DNA of 37,069 bases from assembly GCA_018714975.1 (NCBI GenBank), contig DVMN01000029.1, positions 1 to 37,069 on the forward strand, read 5' to 3'. Under the pieces are notes generated by a model. That model saw only the letters and a list, made by a program, of their open reading frames with translations. It made no database searches and was not told where the DNA came from. Made by a program: the position numbers and the translations under genes. Shown piece after piece: positions 36,749 to 37,069 of this stretch. The stretch comes from Candidatus Limadaptatus stercorigallinarum (GTDB taxonomy: Bacteria; Bacillota; Clostridia; Christensenellales; CAG-917). Every line of letters starts with the position of its first letter. The first letter of the stretch is position 1.

Positions 36749-37051
36749 AGCGTTTTCTTCGGCAAGAAGTTCGGCAGGAATGATTTCAAGCCCATAGACC
36801 ATGCCTCCGAAGTGCCGCAGGCGATACGATATCTTACCAAGTACCTGGAAAAGACAGGCGAAAAACTCATCTATTCCAGAGGGCTGTATCGCTACTTCGT
36901 GACGGACGTTATGGACGAGAACATCATCTGCCCCTATGGAGAGAACGACAAGAAGTTCATTCTTTCGGACAAATTCAGCTGCTGGGAGGACGGAGAGTAT
37001 CTCGGCACGGTAAGTCCCGAAGTGATCGCAAGGCTCCCGAAAGTGACATAG
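36749..37051 (+). pseudogene. C-terminal remnant of a rolling-circle Rep/HUH-like protein
   Basis: Open frame with no start or SD: FFGKKFGRNDFKPI...AIRYLTKYLEK (YxxKY catalytic-Tyr-type motif); GC higher than the neighbouring DNA. Confidence 0.55.
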
Positions 37052-37069
37052 CAAAAACGCCTCTCATGA

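Larger units (their letters stand above)
34294..37069. mobile_element. decayed integrative (mobilizable) element, probably continuing beyond the window
   Basis: Boundary at a tRNA-type GCACCA, recombinase remnant, sharp GC drop (about 25-43% in two sampled 60-nt lines), Rep remnant. Confidence 0.7.

Overview
This window is a GC-rich chromosomal segment of a spore-forming Clostridia-class bacterium (inferred from gene content). The backbone carries ylxY/swsB-like, M16 peptidase, dimeric dUTPase, ftsK-rimO-pgsA-(tandem FtsK-gamma protein)-cinA/pncC-recA, rny, an Xaa-Pro peptidase, efp, a complete spoIIIAA-AH operon, asp23-nusB-xseAB-ispA, and tRNA-Leu(CAG), tRNA-Gly(GCC) and tRNA-Cys(GCA). A ~9 kb accessory block splits spoIIIAH from asp23. 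It holds a MacB/FtsX ABC pair, an ECF sigma / exported Cys-peptidase-like / anti-sigma-like trio, and a flavoprotein-CMD-cupin-acetyltransferase operon. The right end is a decayed AT-rich integrative element at a tRNA-type GCACCA site, with serine-recombinase and Rep remnants flanking an XRE-hypothetical-DEDDh nuclease unit. The strongest unexplained signal is three ~184-218 bp non-coding units that each end in a copy of a tRNA 3' end including CCA; two follow intact tRNAs and carry an inverted copy of the T-arm region plus a shared heptamer repeat. Other notable items are a motor-less double FtsK-gamma protein, a SpoIIIAG lacking its beta-barrel insertion, several apparently leaderless genes, and an XRE-operated consensus promoter driving an apparently non-coding RNA. 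Protein calls come from motif recognition only; no database searches were run.
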